Positions 61,277-64,000 of a DNA stretch of 64,000 nt are shown here, in pieces; position 1 is the stretch's first letter; every line of letters starts with the position of its first letter. A program made the position numbers and the translations under genes. The stretch covers positions 2,366-66,365 of the forward strand of contig CAZMTO010000006.1 in assembly GCA_964569265.1 (NCBI GenBank), written 5' to 3'. The notes below the pieces were generated by a model. It had not been told where the DNA came from. It was given only the letters and a program-made list of their open reading frames with translations, and did no database searches. This DNA comes from an uncultured Peptococcaceae bacterium (GTDB taxonomy: Bacteria > Bacillota > Dehalobacteriia > UBA4068 > UBA4997).

Positions 61277-61452
61277 CATATAAATTTACAACGCTATTAT
61301 AACAAAAGTTTGCCTAAAAAACAAGTAAAATCAACATCTTTGCCGCAACAGATTGTTTTTTTGCTGCCTTTATTTTATAATATAGCTATAAATACAGTTG
61401 CTGCAAGCTGCCGCACTGTCAATATCTGCCTAAATATAAAGGAGGACTATTT

Positions 61453-61989
61453 ATGAACACAATGGATGCTATTTTTTCCCGCAAATCCGTAAGAAGCTAC
61501 ACCGGCGAACAGCTCACCGCCGAAGAACTTACGGCCATACTTAAAGCCGCCAACGCCGCGCCTATTGGCCGCGGTTTATACGACACTATGCACCTTACCG
61601 TTATCCAAAATGCCGATTTACTGGCCCAAATAGATACTGCCTGTGCCCGGCTTTTCGGTGACCCTACCCTGCACCCGCTTTACGGCGCACCCACTTTGGT
61701 GCTGGTATCGGCGCAGGTACCGCAGGCTGTTACGGATGCTAACGTTGCTTTTTCTAACGCCGCTATTGTAGTACAAAATATGGCCCTGGCCGCCACCGAT
61801 GCCGGCATAGGCGTTTGCCATATTTGGGGTGCAGTACGCGCCATTAACGCCACACCGCAGCTTTTGGCAGCCTTAAACCTGCCGCAGGGCTTTACCCCCT
61901 GCTGTGCCGCCGCCCTTGGCCACACTGCTGAAGCCTACACCCTGCGCGATATACCCGAAAACCGCATAGCCACCGACTTTATCGGCTAA
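61453..61989 (+). CDS. Nitroreductase family protein
   Basis: RKSVRSY, AP motif, QNMALAATDAGIGVC. Confidence 0.9.
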   Translation: MNTMDAIFSRKSVRSYTGEQLTAEELTAILKAANAAPIGRGLYDTMHLTVIQNADLLAQIDTACARLFGDPTLHPLYGAPTLVLVSAQVPQAVTDANVAFSNAAIVVQNMALAATDAGIGVCHIWGAVRAINATPQLLAALNLPQGFTPCCAAALGHTAEAYTLRDIPENRIATDFIG

Positions 61990-62020
61990 GGTATACCGAC
62001 AAATAACTTTATATAACCCA

Positions 62021-62065
62021 TAAAAAATAGCTGCCGAGCGTTTGGCTTTTGGCAGCTATTTTTTA
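62021..62065. terminator. Bidirectional terminator between the nitroreductase gene and purC
   Basis: TAAAAAATAGCTGCC...GGCAGCTATTTTTTA. Confidence 0.88.
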
Positions 62066-62080
62066 TTTAAACGTTAATTT

Positions 62081-62770
62081 TTACAGGCCCAGCTTTTTAA
62101 TCAGCATCTGAGAGCAGTCGATCTGGTTGGGGATATTGCCGTTTTCATCGCGCACGCGCCAAATATCCGGGGTAATTTCATCGGCTACATACATCTTGCC
62201 GTTTTCGTCATAACCAACCTCTATCTTAAAGTCGATAAGCGTAAGCCCCAAAGGTGCCAGCTCAGCCTTTAAAACCTCGCCAACCTTTTTCAGTATATCC
62301 AAAGCTTCGTCATACTGACCTTCGTGCAGCAGGCCCTTCATCAGGCACAGGCGTTCGCTGATCAACGGATCACCCTGCTCATCGTCTTTTAAGGTAACTT
62401 CGGTATAAACCGGGTCAAAGGGTATACCTTCGGGCAGGCTAAAGCGGCGGCACATACTGCCGGCGGTGTAATAACGCAATACAAATTCCAGCTTCGGAAC
62501 AGTAAGGTTTTTAACCTGCATCAGGTTCTGGTCAATATCGGCAGCAATGTAATGCGTAGGGATACCGTTCTTTTCCATAACTTCAAAAAAGTACTTAGAA
62601 ATTGTAAGCCCAATTTTGCCTTTACCTTCTACGCTGCCGCCAACCGAGTTAGACCCGGGATCAAACACGCCGTTTTCACCGGTAGCACTGTCTTTAAAAA
62701 ACAGGCTAACCACATTAGTTTCTTCGTCTAACATTACATTTTTGGTTTTACCGGAATAAAGTGTTTTCAT
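62081..62770 (-). CDS. purC: SAICAR synthetase
   Basis: YSGKTK, FKD.AT, GIPTHY, LKDD..GDP, DFKIE.G, ADEITPD.WR. Confidence 0.88.
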   Translation of the reverse strand: MKTLYSGKTKNVMLDEETNVVSLFFKDSATGENGVFDPGSNSVGGSVEGKGKIGLTISKYFFEVMEKNGIPTHYIAADIDQNLMQVKNLTVPKLEFVLRYYTAGSMCRRFSLPEGIPFDPVYTEVTLKDDEQGDPLISERLCLMKGLLHEGQYDEALDILKKVGEVLKAELAPLGLTLIDFKIEVGYDENGKMYVADEITPDIWRVRDENGNIPNQIDCSQMLIKKLGL

Positions 62771-63027
62771 TGTATACCTCTCCTTATTAAAAATTCTTAT
62801 AAATTAAAAGCCTGTAAAAGCTTTAATACCTGTTTAAATTATTCCCACTCGCTTCTGTTCAAATAATTTACGAGCTTTTGAGGTCTCAGCGCTTGGCTTC
62901 CGAGAGCAAAGACAGGGTGTAATCTCTGATTTCTACCATGTCCTCTGCTTTTTAGTATCAAAATCGTATCATCTGAGTACAGTTAAATTATAGCGGATTG
63001 ATACTATATTTTCAAGTGAAAGAATCG

Positions 63028-64000
63028 TTATTCCTCACAGTCATCAGCATCGGCGCAAATATTTCCGCAATCAAGTAACGATGACCCCAGCTTGCATAAA
63101 CTCCCCGTAATTGTATCCCTCAGTTTGTCAAATCCACAAGGTGAGCTGAATTCTGCCTGTAATTGTGATAGAAAATTTTTTGCAATAGAATCGGTTAATG
63201 TTTGCTTGAACTCGTCAATTCTCTTAGATATACCGGACAGAGACTGTTTTAGATACGCCAAGTTCTTGTCAGAAAAGTCTTTTTCTTCGGTAATCCGTAT
63301 TGCATTCAATACGGCCCTGTTGAGTTTTTGTATTAGCAAGCTGCAATCAGAATAATCTTTTTTACTGAAACTTTTAAAATGGGCGGCACTGTTGCGGTAT
63401 TTTCGGATCTCTTCAATTACTTGTTCGATTTCAGAAACATCGATTTTATCGCTAAAAAATCTTTCCCAATCGCTTTTGGGAGTAAAATTAGAAAACGCCT
63501 CTCGAAGCTGCTGATCTGAAAAAACCGAAAGATCTGGATTCTCGCTCAAGAATGTTTCTCTTTTCCGAGTTTCAACTGTTGTCCAGCTTGGCGAGAATAA
63601 GAGCTGTTGAATGTCACCAAACTCAAATGAATAGAAGAATTGGCGTAGTATTTCCAACTCTTTGCTTTCACGGCTCCCTTTTGCTTGAATTACACCCTTT
63701 ATTTTTTTCTGCAAATCCAGGTTGATCGTTGCGGAATAGTATTCTTTTCCGAAATTGACTATGTAAATATTGAACAGGAGCTTTCTGAGATTTCTCTCCA
63801 ATGTGTTTATCTTTGGTAGAATCTTATTGCAGTAAAACTCAGAAATTGCATCATACGAGATAATATCGACATATTCATCTCGCACACCGGATGCAAGGAG
63901 CAAACTTTGAAATTTTTCTAAGCAATTAATCGCCTGCGATTTTGAGCGTCCTTCAACAATTACATCTAAATATGTAATTTCAGCAACTTCATTAATAATT
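63028..64000 (-). CDS. HEPN-motif hypothetical protein (5'-partial; the frame stays open to the window edge)
   Basis: LERNLRK helix and RNSAAH (R-x4-H) motif; AT-rich DNA unlike the neighbouring host genes. Confidence 0.7.
   Translation of the reverse strand, partial: IINEVAEITYLDVIVEGRSKSQAINCLEKFQSLLLASGVRDEYVDIISYDAISEFYCNKILPKINTLERNLRKLLFNIYIVNFGKEYYSATINLDLQKKIKGVIQAKGSRESKELEILRQFFYSFEFGDIQQLLFSPSWTTVETRKRETFLSENPDLSVFSDQQLREAFSNFTPKSDWERFFSDKIDVSEIEQVIEEIRKYRNSAAHFKSFSKKDYSDCSLLIQKLNRAVLNAIRITEEKDFSDKNLAYLKQSLSGISKRIDEFKQTLTDSIAKNFLSQLQAEFSSPCGFDKLRDTITGSLCKLGSSLLDCGNICADADDCEE

Noticed and set aside
61453-61989. Nitroreductase as BluB under B12 riboswitch control
   Set aside because: It is transcribed divergently, so the riboswitch is not in its mRNA, and only generic nitroreductase motifs are visible.

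Overview
This is a 64 kb chromosomal window from a Firmicutes (Clostridia-like) bacterium, judged from the SLH-domain proteins and the Bacillus/Clostridium-type yaaO-tmk-holB-yaaT-yabA-yabB-rsmI-metG-tatD-yabE block. Most genes are housekeeping and lie on the minus strand: serC-serA-DUF1015, rnr-smpB-ssrA, iscS-thiI, proC, glmS, asnB, lysA and purC. secA-prfB-transketolase and rsmA-rmuC-panB lie on the plus strand. Accessory parts are a foreign-looking sbcDC segment at the left end, three tandem short YD-repeat lipoproteins, a ~2760 aa SLH surface protein, a decayed island at the tmRNA 3' end with an integrase N-terminal relic, and a HEPN-motif gene at the right end. The most striking unexplained signal is a family of ~120-127 nt rod-like structured repeats in four intergenic mosaic arrays. 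These show clear compensatory base changes, fold best on the strand antisense to the flanking genes, and overlap or abut stop codons. The second is a cobalamin riboswitch controlling an SLH-anchored beta-propeller protein, a candidate Gram-positive surface B12-capture protein. All calls come from reading the sequence by eye; no database search or folding program was run.
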